From Diplonema japonicum (Eukaryota > Protista > Euglenozoa: Diplonemea): a stretch of 64,000 nucleotides of DNA. Positions 33,525 through 46,179 of the stretch are shown here, one piece after another. The stretch is taken from positions 620,001-684,000 of the forward strand of contig OZ025671.1 of the NCBI GenBank assembly GCA_964019335.1, given 5' to 3'. A program made the translations under genes and the position numbers. The number at the start of each line of letters is the position of its first letter. Positions within the stretch are counted from its first letter, which is position 1. The notes under the pieces were generated by a model. That model did no database searches. It was given only the letters and a program-made list of their open reading frames with translations, and was not told the origin of the DNA.

Positions 33525-36365
33525 CTAACGCCAATTGCAAGGTGGTGCTCTATGGAGTTTCTCTAAGATGGTGTACATCTGTGCGTGTATTAAAGTGGCT
33601 GCATGACATACCTGATCCCTTTTTGTTGCTGTGCTTATAGACTCCAGACATGCCTGGCGTGCCTTTGGGGGAACATCTTCTGGTAGCGCGGACAGTCCAT
33701 GCAATATCCACACACGGAGCTGGGGTTCTTTCATTTCCCTCAAGTTCCAAATAATGTCACCAACGCGGTCGGACGTGTCGAGGTCACGGTTGATCACAGC
33801 TTGCAGCATAGCTTCAGCCAGCTTGTCACCCCGTGGCTGCAGGAATGCTTGTATGGCCGCTTTCTCTTCTGATGGAAGCTGAGGCTCGGTAGCATCTAAG
33901 AAAAACTTCAGCGTCAGGTAGGCCGCTTCTCTCTTTACATCTGTGTTAACTATGCTTGCAAGTGCCACGTCGAACACAGCAGCAGCTAAGGGGGACGCCA
34001 TCAATTTGATAGGAAAGCGTTTTGTTGCCATTGTCATGAGGTAGAAGATCTCTTGGATGAAATCTGAGTTAGGGCCTACTGCCTCTTCTGCAAGCATCTT
34101 AACGGTCCTTCCAATGAGGACATTCAGCACATCCATGATCGGCCCCACGTAAGCATCTTCTCTGCCGAACACGGTGATGACGCTCCCCATCAACCACAGT
34201 AAGCAGCTGTGCGGCTTGATGCCAAATGCGCTAACTAAGGTCTGGATTAAAGGCTCCAGGTGTGCCCTGAATTCCAAATCGCATGCAAGCATCACACTTC
34301 GCAGAAGTCCTGTCAATTGTTCCATAAGCTGCTCGCTGTTGATCGCCTTCGCTATGAGGTCCTTCAGCACAGGCCACATAACGCCAAACGCACCAGCCCA
34401 CGCCTGTGCAGCGGCCCGCGTCGCCTCGCCACCTTGATAGCCCGCACTGTTATCAACACCTACGAACAGTGATGCTAACTTCTGAACCTCAATGTTGATC
34501 AGCTCAGCATCAGCCCCTATGGACTGGAGTTTCATAAGTATAGGGGCACACAACCCCTCAACTGCGCCCGCGAGCTCGGCTACAGGTAGCTCGCTAACCA
34601 AGGAGCCAAGACCCTCCATTAGCTTCTTTGCGTTCTCCAAGCTCATCGATCCCGTCAGCATAGCACGGTCTTTCAAAACGGGGAACAGCCGCACCATGTG
34701 TGAGGTGCATGTCTTACAGAGGCTGCACACAGTCGCGATGGCCACCTTGTGGATACGGGGGTGCGCTAAGGTGCTCATTGTAAGGTTCAACAATGCGGGC
34801 ATCAGTTCTCCCCCGTTTGTGTTGATCCAAGGACCGGCTATTTTGATAACTTGGATGTAGGCAGCCTGTACCCTCCAGTGATACTGCGACAGGGTGCTGC
34901 TAATTGTCAGCAGTTGCGGGTAGAGCGTGTCCTCCAACGGCTTCGAAGGCGGTGTACATGTTATGTAGTACAGAACAGCCTCCACCTCTCTCCAGTTTGC
35001 AGGCGTTGTTATGTTTTGTGTCAGCAAGGGATACGCCTTCAGCACAGCCTTGATGGGTGTCAAGATGCGGCTGCAGTCCTCAACTGCCTCATACAAATCG
35101 TGTTCTCTGAATTCGTCGAAAGTGGACTCGTCGTGATCATCCTTTGTCCATGTGTCGCAGTCTACAGGGTACATGGCCTGCTTCAACAAGACAGGGACAA
35201 TATTGTTCAAGGGACCCTCAATTGCCGAAGCACACTGCTGGTGCTGCTCGGGGCTCTTTTTCGCCACAGCTTGCAGAGAGAGGTTCAGTCGATGCCAGAA
35301 GCCGAGTGTGTGTGCAAATACTTTCTGGTCTGGGAACGAAGCGGCCTTCACCATAATATTTATCATGGTGGCCATATCTTGAGTAACAACACTAACGTCG
35401 CGCACGTACATTCTGCACACCCTGGCGAGCGCTCGTGTGAGCGTTTCAGCAGCATCCGCATCTTCTCCAACAGAGGCCAAGAGGTTGTAGATGTTGAGAA
35501 TGTTGGAGGCCAGAAACGACGACACTGGATTCCAGTCTACGTCTTTACCGTTCAATAGGAAGGCCAGCTCCGTGATGACCTCAGAAGCATCATCCTGGAG
35601 TTGAGGGTTGCCTAAAGCCTGGACGGATGCCTGCGTGATGGGCGACGCCGCTACGTGTTCGGGTTGCAAAGAGCCAAATCGCAGCCACTTTGCATACACT
35701 TTAAAAACGAATGAAAGCCTCGCTGGGATGCCTTGTGCACCTGTCCACACGCTATGGATAAGGTCCATCACCAACCTCGTGTTTGGGCACACAGACACCA
35801 GCAGTGGATGCTCCGCGTTAATCTCTGGGTCGTCGGCCCGCTGCGCTTCCATCCCGTCTTCCATGTCCTCGAGGATGAATCCAGCTTCCTCGCCAAGAGT
35901 GTCGAGGAAGAGAAGCAAGATGTCAACTGTTTCGGGCTGCGAGAGAGAGTTGCACAAGTCAGGCACCAAAGTGGGGTTCGGGTGCAGAACAAGGAGCTTG
36001 ACGATAGTGAGTGACAACTGCTGCAGAACGTTTTTTGGTGAGCCTTGCCTAAGCCGTACTATGTGGTTTAAAACGCACTGTTGCAGCTTAGCGCTGAGGG
36101 CTTGGTCTGGCTTAGAGTTCTTGATCCTCCATGTGAGGGACGTCGCACAAAAGTTCAGCACTGAAGGATCCTTGGAATTAGTCAGCAACTGGTCGATGAT
36201 TCCCCATGCCGCTTCTTGCTTCCTGAATTCCTGCAACCACTTATCACTTGCTTCTCTCTCTTCCTTCGATGTCTGATGCCCATACATGAGTCCTATTTGC
36301 CTGAGCACCTGTTTCGTTTTTAAACAAAAACCTTTCCATACCTCATCTGATGTAGGTGCCGCCAT
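33525..36365 (-). CDS. Importin-beta family karyopherin (transportin-SR/MTR10/importin-13-like)
   Basis: 946-aa helical HEAT-like ORF with ASDKWLQEFRKQEAAWGIIDQLL, FCATSLTWRI, TLGFWHRL, FDEFR and NWREVEAVLY. Confidence 0.82.
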   Translation of the reverse strand: MAAPTSDEVWKGFCLKTKQVLRQIGLMYGHQTSKEEREASDKWLQEFRKQEAAWGIIDQLLTNSKDPSVLNFCATSLTWRIKNSKPDQALSAKLQQCVLNHIVRLRQGSPKNVLQQLSLTIVKLLVLHPNPTLVPDLCNSLSQPETVDILLLFLDTLGEEAGFILEDMEDGMEAQRADDPEINAEHPLLVSVCPNTRLVMDLIHSVWTGAQGIPARLSFVFKVYAKWLRFGSLQPEHVAASPITQASVQALGNPQLQDDASEVITELAFLLNGKDVDWNPVSSFLASNILNIYNLLASVGEDADAAETLTRALARVCRMYVRDVSVVTQDMATMINIMVKAASFPDQKVFAHTLGFWHRLNLSLQAVAKKSPEQHQQCASAIEGPLNNIVPVLLKQAMYPVDCDTWTKDDHDESTFDEFREHDLYEAVEDCSRILTPIKAVLKAYPLLTQNITTPANWREVEAVLYYITCTPPSKPLEDTLYPQLLTISSTLSQYHWRVQAAYIQVIKIAGPWINTNGGELMPALLNLTMSTLAHPRIHKVAIATVCSLCKTCTSHMVRLFPVLKDRAMLTGSMSLENAKKLMEGLGSLVSELPVAELAGAVEGLCAPILMKLQSIGADAELINIEVQKLASLFVGVDNSAGYQGGEATRAAAQAWAGAFGVMWPVLKDLIAKAINSEQLMEQLTGLLRSVMLACDLEFRAHLEPLIQTLVSAFGIKPHSCLLWLMGSVITVFGREDAYVGPIMDVLNVLIGRTVKMLAEEAVGPNSDFIQEIFYLMTMATKRFPIKLMASPLAAAVFDVALASIVNTDVKREAAYLTLKFFLDATEPQLPSEEKAAIQAFLQPRGDKLAEAMLQAVINRDLDTSDRVGDIIWNLREMKEPQLRVWILHGLSALPEDVPPKARQACLESISTATKRDQVCHAATLIHAQMYTILEKLHRAPPCNWR

Positions 36366-36484
36366 AGATCCTCGACTATCTTATGACCCTAGGTGTTGAG
36401 TACAGATGTAAAGCCGAATAACTAAATAACACATGTACAGTGTAGTCTACGATACAATCTATTGATCAAAATAACAACAACAAT

Positions 36485-37498
36485 TCATTTTACAGTTTTG
36501 TTTGAAACTACATATTTAAGAAATACTTCTTCGGAATCACGATCCGAGGCTTGGCGCCTCTTGAGGAGGACATCGTCACGAGAAGGGCGGAGGGGGAGAG
36601 GTGCGGAGAGGAAGCTGGGCTGCTTCCCCACTGGCATGGACGGACGATGGCTCGTTGGTGTGAGGCGCTTTACAGTTTGCAAAGATGTATTTTGGTTCCG
36701 TAACTGCTTCCCACACTCAGTATCACAGCTATGAGAAAAATGAACTGAAGCGATCTCTGCCCGTCGTGGAGTGTCTCTGCAAGTGGCTGTCAGGTCTGAT
36801 TCTGCTGCACAGATGGCCTGCTTCGCAGCGGCCTGAGACACCCCATGATTCGCGGCATGGGGCACACCATGCTGCGTTGGTGGGTGTGGCACAGGGCGCT
36901 TAACCACAGTCACGTGCGGCATTTCTTGACAGCTCAGGTCGATGCTGCAAGGAGCCTCAAGGCACGGCGATAGCTGCTGCTGCTGCTTTTGCGCCCGCCT
37001 GGCCTCTGCCATGATGACATCCAGCTGCTCTTGAGCGTCACGCGAGAATGCACTCTGTGTTGCGTGCGCCCTTTTGAGCTGTGCTTCCAACTCCTTGTTT
37101 TCCTGTCGTAATGTATTGAGCTCTTCAAAAACCATCTTCGGTGTCTTCCTTGCCACACCGAAGAACTGGTCGTAGGTCTTCACAGCTTCTGTGAGGTACG
37201 CCCTCTCCGCGCGATCTGCTACCTTGTCATCTTCCATGTTCATCTTTAGCATGTCAGCCTTTTCCTGCACCTCGTGCAAGACATCCTTCAGATACCTAAC
37301 ACCCTTGCAGCCTAAGCACGGCATCACTTCTGGCAGCAGCGCTTCGTAATGACTGCAAACCTTCAGCAGCTCCTCCACGGTCACCCTTGCGCGATCTACG
37401 TCTCTGATGCTACCTCCGTCGTGGCAGGGGTCCACGCGGGACCTCGTGATATAAACTGCGCGGTCACATATTGTTTGGCTGAGCTTAGGGACAGGCAT
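36485..37498 (-). CDS. Hypothetical coiled-coil protein
   Basis: 337-aa ORF on the cluster strand, preceded by CAG|GAATG. No family recognised. Confidence 0.6.
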   Translation of the reverse strand: MPVPKLSQTICDRAVYITRSRVDPCHDGGSIRDVDRARVTVEELLKVCSHYEALLPEVMPCLGCKGVRYLKDVLHEVQEKADMLKMNMEDDKVADRAERAYLTEAVKTYDQFFGVARKTPKMVFEELNTLRQENKELEAQLKRAHATQSAFSRDAQEQLDVIMAEARRAQKQQQQLSPCLEAPCSIDLSCQEMPHVTVVKRPVPHPPTQHGVPHAANHGVSQAAAKQAICAAESDLTATCRDTPRRAEIASVHFSHSCDTECGKQLRNQNTSLQTVKRLTPTSHRPSMPVGKQPSFLSAPLPLRPSRDDVLLKRRQASDRDSEEVFLKYVVSNKTVK

Positions 37499-38335
37499 TC
37501 CTGAATAGGTGACGGGTGGCGCGTTGATAGCGAAAGAAGAAAAAAAGGGTCGAGTTCAGGGTGTTGTATGTTTAGGAGAACGGGAGGGACGGGAGGGGCG
37601 GGGAGGAAAGCGGGCAAAGAACATAAGTGTCGAAGAGAAAGGAGTTAAGCACAGCATTGCCACGTGTGCTAAGAAAAAGTCTGCGACTGCAAAATGCAGG
37701 TCTCTTCCTGGTGGTCTTCATAGGGCTGAAAAAATTGATGATTAAAAGGAAAATAAAAAAAGAAAAGAAGAAAAAAAAACAGGTGGAAAAGAAAAAGAAG
37801 AAAGTAATAATAATAAAAAAGAAAGAGAAAAGAAAAGGGAGTGGCGACTGCTACCTGGACACCACGTGGGCAGTTGCACACAAGCTGCTGCACCACAACA
37901 CTCGCGAAGAGCGTTTCTCAGAACGGTCTATGAAGCAGCAATGCGCCAAACGTGCAATGCTGCTTTCTTTAGTTTAAATGCAGTGCCCTGGTGGGCATCA
38001 TGAAGCCACTGGCGCAGTCAAAGGCGCCTCTGAACCTGATAGATAAACAAAAGAAAACGGACTGAACAGAGTAGACATAAAACATAAAGTAATAAGAGCG
38101 GGACTTGGAAGGGACATAGGGGTTTTTTTTAGTATCAGTTCACCGCAGGGACACCATCATTATCATCATCATCATCATCATAAATCATTACTATAAATTC
38201 TTCTCTCTCTTTTTATATCCTCCTTTCGTTCTCTTTCTTCTTTTTAATTTTGGCTCAGCTACAAGGCCCCTTCACTCTTCAGTGAGTGCCGGTCTGGCTG
38301 CGTATCCCAGGCTAGAGAAGGACGGCACTATAATG

Positions 38336-38370
<35 letters not shown>

Positions 38371-39384
38371 CCACTGCAACGGTCGAGCGCTCCAAGCCAA
38401 AGATTGCTACCTTTCTAGTGACGAAAAGTGGTGAGGGTAGTGGTCGCTATGTGCTGAGGGTGGCATGCTTTGCTCGGCTATGCAAACCAGCGCACAGGCT
38501 AGTCTACAAGAACACTTTTTTTTCTTTTTACGTTTTGAAGTTAGAAACAAAGGCCGACTAAGGCAGAGGAAAAGAAGAACAAGAATACCGACAGAGGAAA
38601 GCAATACAGCATGCCTGCAAAAAAAAAAAGCTGAAGCACACAGGGAGGGACGAGGAAAATAAAAAGAAAAGAGAAGAAAACTTAACAGAAGAGATGGGAA
38701 AAAAAGGGGGTAAAGAAGAGAGCACCCATAGCCATAGCCTCTCCTCTTATTTACTCCTTTTTTTTTTCTTAGGGTACGTCACATAATACCCAAAAAAAAG
38801 TACAAAACCCACTGATCCCAAAAAGAGGAAATGATTTTTTAAAAAAACCAAAATAGTTTCGTCTGGATGCGACTCCCATGAAACTATAAAATACCAATGT
38901 GAACATGTGCAGCAAGAGTAGAGTACGCTAGGCCACAGTCCTCCTGCGCTTTGCCTAAAAAGCTGACCACATACTCAACAACAATAGTATCGTGACAAAC
39001 TAGTGAAGGAAACCCTGGTGAGACATAGGCAAAAAAAATCTGGGGTATAATTCGACTTTTTTTTAGGTGCTATTGGGGCAAATTATTCTTTTTTTTCTTT
39101 TTTTTTTTTCTTTTTTTTTTCTTGTTGATCAATTTATTTCTTTCTTTACACATAAACGGCGAACCAGATAAAGGTAGGAGCAAAGGCCTTATCCCCTCAC
39201 AACCACCGTAGTGTAGCTGCATCTTGTAGCGCACACTTAAAATGTGGAAAAGCAAAACGGGAAAAGTAGAAAAAAAGAGAAGAAGAAGCGTGAAAGAAGG
39301 CAGCAGAAAAAAGGGGAGAAAAGAGGGGAGAAAGAGGGGAAATGAAACTAATGTTAAGTATGCTGTGCTTCTGTGTCCGCCGCC

Positions 39385-40923
39385 TCACCTCATGTTTCCT
39401 TGTGGCCGAGAAGGTGGGTTCCGCATTTGGTTGTACTGTTGTTGTGTCATGCGTGTGACGTGGCATACCAGTCCAGGTTGGGGGCCGCGAATGGGTGCAG
39501 ATGGTGAGGAGGGAAATTGGCTAATATTATTATTACTACCGTTTTGTACAACACTATTACTGTTCCCGCTACTGTTGCCATTGTTGCCAGCAGGCGTCTG
39601 TTGGTGCGCGTGTGCTACTGGTGTAGTACATACCGATGGGGTGATGGCGGGGTTCGTCCACCCGTTTTGGCTCTGGCCCACATCACTTCCTTTATCCTGC
39701 CCCAGCCCGTACAGCACACCACAGTGGTTCAGAACGGAGTCATTTGGGAAGAAGTCTTGGCAAAGCTTGAAGAAACAATGAGCAGTGAGCAGCGAATCCG
39801 ACCCGGCCTGAGGTGTGGTGTGTTGCAATGTGCAGCGTACCTGGTGTGCAGGGCCTATCCTCTCGACATCAAGGTTGTCGCCCAGCTTGTTCAACCCGCA
39901 CATGTCGGACAGCGCACCCCCCGTTTGTTTTAATAGATATTTTACATCAAAAACCTGTTGCGTTGCACTTGCGTCCAAAACATACCAAAGGGAAGTAAGT
40001 GTTCATCAGCTCGAAGAACTCTTCTTCCTCTGAAGGCAGCTCGTTGTTCGTCAGAACTTTTATTAAGTACCTGCATAACGTCATTGATTCCAATGAGGCA
40101 TACCCAAAGTCATAGCCCGAGTGGAAGCTGAGCCATTTGACGGGAGGGTCCGAGCTGAGAACAAGCCCACTGCTGGTGAGCAACTCTGCAAAGGTGGCAA
40201 CATCAATCCCATCTGTGCAGTTCGAGCGTGGGGTTAATATGTGTTAATACCTCTTGCAAATCTGTCGAAGTCGATGCCTGACCCCGTGAGCAGGTCGATG
40301 GAGTCCTGTGCGTAGATGTCGTCGGTGAGATTGAACTTGAAGTTGAATTGCCACGTGCACGCACCAGGGGGGTGCTTCCCGTACTCGTCGGAGAAGGTGA
40401 TCCCTAGCTGGATAATTTTGAGAAGGTTAACGTTGCAGCGCAGTGTTTGGTAGTAAAACTCGGTGTTCGACTTGAAGTTCCCAACAGGCCGTGCCACCAC
40501 ACCAGGGAACTCTGTGTCCATGGCGACGTATGGGTAATCCACAACAGTAGCACGTATTTGATCAAATACTTCTTCTAGCTGGTCAGCCCATACATCGACT
40601 ATGATATCAGACTCCCCTTCGTTGTGCACTGCATCACCCATGAGGTATTGCTGCGGTGCGTGGAGGGGCTGATGTTGGTGCTGGTGTTGCGTTTGTTGCG
40701 CTGGGATTATGTCATAGTTCTGCTGTGCGTGGTACCCCTGCGGTGTGTACCCCTGCACCATCTGTTGGTGTTGGTGCTGATGTTGTTGTTGCTGCTGAGG
40801 TACCATCTGGTTCACTTGGAGCATCTGCTGCACTTGGCCGCCACCCATCACACCGTGCGACACCATTCTGTTCCCCATCGGGATACCGCTTCCCCCTCTC
40901 ATGTGACCGCCTTTTATTTCCAT
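39385..40923 (-). CDS. CAF1: CCR4-NOT deadenylase subunit CAF1/POP2 (DEDD), 4 exons, Q/H-rich N-terminus
   Basis: [30 protein letters not shown]|YL, FDVKYL and RIGPAHQ...AGSDSLLT motifs. Introns at 40213-40250 (38 nt), 40071-40103 (33 nt) and 39955-39985 (31 nt). A further in-frame intron probably lies within HQ..AGSDS. Confidence 0.93.
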
Positions 40924-41030
40924 TTAGGTTCTTGTTCTATTTTATTCTGTGTGGTGCATTGATTGTGAATAAGAAGGGAATAAAGTTGGAAAGGGAAACT
41001 TCGGTTTACAATTCCCATCGTGATATAACA

Positions 41031-42745
41031 CTAATCCCTGTCGTAGGCCCAGGGCCCTTTCCCGCCTTCTTGGCTTCTTGTGTTTTGCTCGCCATAGATG
41101 TGGCGGTACCTGGGGTGCCTGGCCAGCTCAGGATAGTTGTAGGGTTTCAAAGCTCTTGTGACCAATGTGTACTTCATGATATGTGTGAAAGCCCAGATGG
41201 ATCCGAAAAGGCTGTGCGTGTAAAAATTATATATGAGTCAAAGGAGGCCGGTGTTGGCGGCGCCCTTAAAATTAAAATAAGACATACATTGTGAAAATGG
41301 CAGCTGCTTGGACCAGCATCTCAAGTATATTCCTCCTTGCAGAGTCAAAGCGCTTCAGGGCGTCCCAGAAGTCCACCATGATGGGGTACTCCCTGTCACC
41401 GACAACAACCGATATCTTCCCCAAAGTGTTCGGGAGGTCGGGTTCCCGTTTGCTCAAGAACTCGTAAGGGAGGAGAAGTGCATCGATATTGAAGCCAATT
41501 GCATGCGTGGGTTGTGAAGGCACGTCCCAAGGGTAGTCGTACCCATCCTGTGAGTAATGATGCTTGACGACGTCCAGTGAGCGCAAGGGCGCAGGCCACA
41601 TGAACCGGATAATATCTCTGCTCTCCGCTTCGGCAAGCGGCTCGCCAAGAGGGATGTAATCAAGACGGTCGTTCCCGACAAGGATCTTGCTCATAGGAAC
41701 CCACGTGAGCTGTGTTGCGATTTTAAACAAGCGCTTTTCTACATACCTCATATTCATCTGAATCGACTAGACCCCCATCAAGGTCGCTGCCTTGCTTCGA
41801 GTTCTTTTTAAACAACTTAACCTGCACTTCTTTTTCCTCGCTGCCTTCCCTGGTGGCTACTATTTCTGCCCACTTCAAAGCGAGATAGTCAGGTGTGCTT
41901 CCAACAGGCTTTCTAAAAATAAACTTTCGTTTCTTTGGGGGCAGCGGTAAACCCGACCCGTCTAATGGCAGAACTTTCACTAGTTGTCCAGCCTGCGCCT
42001 TACCTTCGTAAGCCCTCTGCAAATTAGGGATGTCGTTTGTGATTGGATGCGATAATTGTATTTTCGCATAGCCGCCCCTCGGCAGCGAAACGGGCACCCC
42101 AAGACCGCGTAGCATGCCCCAGAACTTACTCCTCAAGTTGTATGTCAACGGGTTGGGCCAAGTCTCCTTGATGTAGAAAGTGGGTTGCTCTGCCTGCCAG
42201 ACTTCTAAATAATCCTGAGGCGGCGGCATTGTCAGCGAGCTTACTTTAGGAGGGCGGAAAGATAGATATTTCGAGTTGAAGCTTTCTCTGTACATCTCTT
42301 GGATGCTTGGCGGCAGCCTGTTGACAAATAGCTGATAAGTAAGTTCCCAGTTGTCCTTTTGCATTTGTGACGTGTGTATGTCCCAAACGTCGTGGGTCAC
42401 CCCGGTTTTGCTGAACTCCTGAAGCTTCCACCACAGGTCAACGTACTCCTGCGTCGTGAGATTTGCGTGCCGACCGTCCATTTCAGAAAGCACGCCGTAC
42501 TTTTCCCACAACTCCTCCTTTGTCGGCAACGCAACTGCACGGTCTTGTGACACCTTATGCAATGCATCTTCAACATTTTCTATTTTTTCAGTTTCGTTTA
42601 CTTGCCCGTTGCCCTGCTCTTCTTTTTCTTCCAGCTTTATTTCACAGTCTTTATGTTCGTGGTCGCTCCCAGTGTTTTTGCCTCCAGTGGTCCATCTCCT
42701 GCCTTTTGGCACATTTCTCTGAAGTGCCCGTAATATTTGTCTCAT
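41031..42745 (-). CDS. Hypothetical, probably mitochondrial membrane protein, 3 exons
   Basis: Presequence-like MRQILRALQRNV. Intron 41710-41746 (37 nt) joins the two track ORFs. A ~75-nt intron near 41215-41290 adds a final exon with a hydrophobic helix ending WAYDRD*. Confidence 0.6.
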
Positions 42746-42814
42746 ATCTATCACCTGTGTACAATATGATATGAAAAAGAGCAAATATAAAAAGAAGTGA
42801 AAACACTTAACCGG

Positions 42815-44192
42815 CTATTGGGTCACCGACGATGCTGAAGCAAATTGCATCTGTGGTAGTTAGGTATTGTTGTGTATTTCCATACTTCAAGGTGCGTGTT
42901 CTCATGCTTTTCACCATTGTGCTTCGCTACGAACTGAACAGCTTGCAAAGCTGTTGGGAACTTCACGAGCACACCTCCGCCACAAGGCTGAGACTTGCCT
43001 GTGGAACTGTCCTCGGGGAAGGCAGTGCTGTTAATAATATGCACTACGGAACTTGGATACGAAGGATGCGGTACGGGAGGCGGCGAGAGGGTGTGGGCAC
43101 GGGAGGGTGTGTAGCTTGACACGTGCTCCTCGACACGCAAGTTGAGGTCATCTTTTTGCATGCCTTTCATATTGTAAAAGTCCAAGTACATCGGAGCAAG
43201 TTTCACCCCCGACGCGTCTGCGTACTTTACAACACATCTGCCTTTAAAAGGGCGGCTGGCCCCCTGCACCTTCCCGAACATAGCTCCCAGCCTCATCACG
43301 TCTTTAGCAGTGCAGCTGTCCCACAAGCCCCCAATGCTCACACAGTTGTCTTCCCACTTTCTAGATGGGATTTTACATTTGTCGCTGTCATCCTGCTTGG
43401 GCTCAAGCCACCCTTGACCTGCCACCCACCTGTTCCAGATAAAATCACGGGGTGCACACTTGTTCCTTCTGAAGAACTCTTCCAAGCCGTCAGCAGCTTC
43501 ATCGCTAGACACATCTAGGAGCAAGTTGCGTAGGGCCGTGTTCACTTGTGTGAAGTCTCTGCACAGCCCGTTGGCAGGCTGCATAACGATGGAAACGAAA
43601 ATTCTGCACTTCTTGTCGTGGGTGGTAACTTCTCTGCCTCGAAGATAGTTGACGGCGTAGTGCGCACCCCCCTTAAGCAGAATGAACTTGCAGTCTCCTT
43701 TTACTTGCTTTTCGACAATTTTATGTACGCACCCAAACTGTGTGAACAGCCAGTACACCTCGAACACTGCAAGCTTGGCTTCGGTCGTTACGAGGCGCAG
43801 CCATAGTTCCTCTTGATCCTCTTCCCCTCTGTCGTAGGAAGAACTAACTGTACTGGATGATCTCGATGAGCTGCTGCTATCCTTTTTCTCGTTCTCGTCT
43901 TCTCTCTCGCTGACTGAGAAAGGCGATCTTCCCCTTTTTCTTGTCTCCTCCACGGGTCTTATGTTTTCCGGCTGTGTATTGCTGAAGTAAAGGTAAACTG
44001 CATACTTTTAGAGCACAATCATTGTCGGGTGGCGGAAAGGACACCACCACGCGCCCCATGGTCCTCTGGTGTTGGTTAAAGCTTTTCAATCTTGCATACT
44101 TTGTATCGCTTTATCACTCCTGTTTTCCCATTGAACTTACTATTCGCCAAGCCCTCCGCTATCACCAAGGTCCCCACAGGGTACTCCTCCAT
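42815..44192 (-). CDS. Multi-RRM-like RNA-binding protein with N-terminal SH3-like barrel
   Basis: ATG at 44192. Two 34-nt introns (44066-44099, 43972-44005) give GTLVIAEGL...FNGKTGVI...GRVVV...ALKPENI, in frame with ORF 42823..43953, which has degenerate RRMs (LFTQFGCV, MFGKV..CVVKY, VLVKF...AV..HNG). Confidence 0.65.
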
Positions 44193-44440
44193 ATCCTGTT
44201 GGAATAAAATGCTTGTTGAGAAGTTGAAAAGCAACAATGAGACCATCACTGCACTTGCTAGAGGCATGAGTCCACTTTGCATTAGAAAGATCGCATATTT
44301 CGTATCACCTACCATGATCACATGGCATATTCGAGACGGCAAGAATTCTCGCAACACTAATAATTATATGCTCTTACATCAAGCGTGTAACAATAGCAAC
44401 CGCACCCTGCAAACAATACTTCGCAACCTAACAATGCAAC

Positions 44441-45382
44441 TCAGCAATGTGGTTCAACAGCGGTCTTGCGAGCCTGAGTGTGGTATACAGATGTTGGCAT
44501 GCGTACCTTAACAATTGTGTAGTAGTAAAGTCCGATCATGACCATTGTAGTGAAGGATGCCATGGCTCTCTCGTCATGTGGGTCGTCTTTGGCACCTTTG
44601 AGTACCTTGCCAACCAACCGTGTCTTCAGCTTTAAGCTCTCTCTCATTACCTTGTAGAAAGCAACAGCACCGCCAGTCATGAGCCCCAGAGAATGCGTCA
44701 CAATATCAATCTCCTTGTTGAACACCTGGCAGTATGCAGTGTACACGTTTGCAAGGAGCGAGGATCCCAAGCTGTAAATGATAACTTTTGCATACGACGC
44801 TGCGACCCGCCCACCGTGGGCAGCGTTGAGAAAAACCCCTGCATAAGATATAGAGGCCAGCGGCACGTGCACCAGCAACGAGGCGGGGTGCGGAGAAATG
44901 TAACAAGCTGTCGCCGATCCCATCAAAGCAGCCATGCTGAATGGCACAAATGTCTTCTTCGCCACAGAACCAAAGACAGTCACAAGGGGGCCGGCTGTCC
45001 AGCCACCAAAAAGTGCGAGGGATGCCGCGATGCCGATATTTCTGTTCAGGTTTCTGTTATTTTTTTTGGTAAGTAAATTGTCCCAATTGAGGTGAATGTA
45101 ACACATCAGGCTGCTGCTAGTCAACATAGTGGGCAACCAGATTGGTGCGAAAGGCATCTGTTGAAATCCCGCGGCGCCTAACAAGGCCACACCCGCACCT
45201 GCTGATGCAAGGAGGTGGGTCTGGGCCATGTCAACTCTTCTTGATTCCCACGTATCCTCGTCTTTCTCATCATTATTCTTTCGAATGTAGCAAAGCGCTG
45301 CGGCTGCCGCTGGGTACAGAACACTGCCAACCTTGCATGCGTTAAGCAGCAGCTCCATCCTCAGTTCTTTGATGCTTGTCAT
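44441..45382 (-). CDS. Multi-pass membrane protein (possibly Bax-inhibitor-1/GHITM-like)
   Basis: About 7 hydrophobic segments and a GPL motif after the third helix. Family call is weak and the 3' end is probably spliced. Confidence 0.55.
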   Translation of the reverse strand: MTSIKELRMELLLNACKVGSVLYPAAAAALCYIRKNNDEKDEDTWESRRVDMAQTHLLASAGAGVALLGAAGFQQMPFAPIWLPTMLTSSSLMCYIHLNWDNLLTKKNNRNLNRNIGIAASLALFGGWTAGPLVTVFGSVAKKTFVPFSMAALMGSATACYISPHPASLLVHVPLASISYAGVFLNAAHGGRVAASYAKVIIYSLGSSLLANVYTAYCQVFNKEIDIVTHSLGLMTGGAVAFYKVMRESLKLKTRLVGKVLKGAKDDPHDERAMASFTTMVMIGLYYYTIVKVRMPTSVYHTQARKTAVEPHC

Positions 45383-46179
45383 GTGTTAGGTTCCTGGAGA
45401 AGGTACATGTCTTCAGAGCAGAAATCAGTGAATGTAAAACCTTGATCAGTAAGAAACAGGGGTGGGAAGGGACGGGTCACAGTTTTTTTCTTTCTAGTTT
45501 TCGTTCTCCCTTTTCGTTTCTTTTCTCTTTCTCTCTCTCTTTTTTTCTTCTTCTTTTTTCCCCCCTTGCTTTTATCTGTTGTATTTCATCTTATCTCTCT
45601 TTCCAGGCGGGAATAGGGAGGTGGTCGGAATGTGGGAATGTGGCTCATGTTCTTTGTTATGCAAATACAGGATCTTTGCAAACTAATGTAAGGCACGCCG
45701 GATTTTTTTTTTACTTTATTCTTCTTTTTTTTCATGGAAGTCATCATGAGCCTGTAGCGGGCACTGTGAAATTAAAAAAAAAACTACAAAATGCGAATCA
45801 CGTCACGACAGCGCAGCCTTGATCCATTGTGCCACGTGACGGTTCGTGCCATGCGGGTTGGGTGGACGGTCGTAGTAAATTGCTTGGGGGGGGGGGGGGG
45901 GGGGGTGCATTTGTTCCGTGGCTTTCATCTTGAAGTAACAACAGTAAAGAAAGCACAGCTTTGGTGAGGGTTTCTTGTGGTATGACTCAGGGCACGAGGA
46001 GTGGGCACTTAATTAACTATACTTTCATCTCAACGTGGGTAGGGGATGCTGGGGAGGGGAAAGAAAAGAAAGAAAGCAAAAGTAAAATAGAAGAAAAAAA
46101 GGATAAAATTCATATTTTTTTTTTGTTTCCAAGAATGGTGACGACCTGCTATGTGTGGTACTAAGCCAACTACCATACC

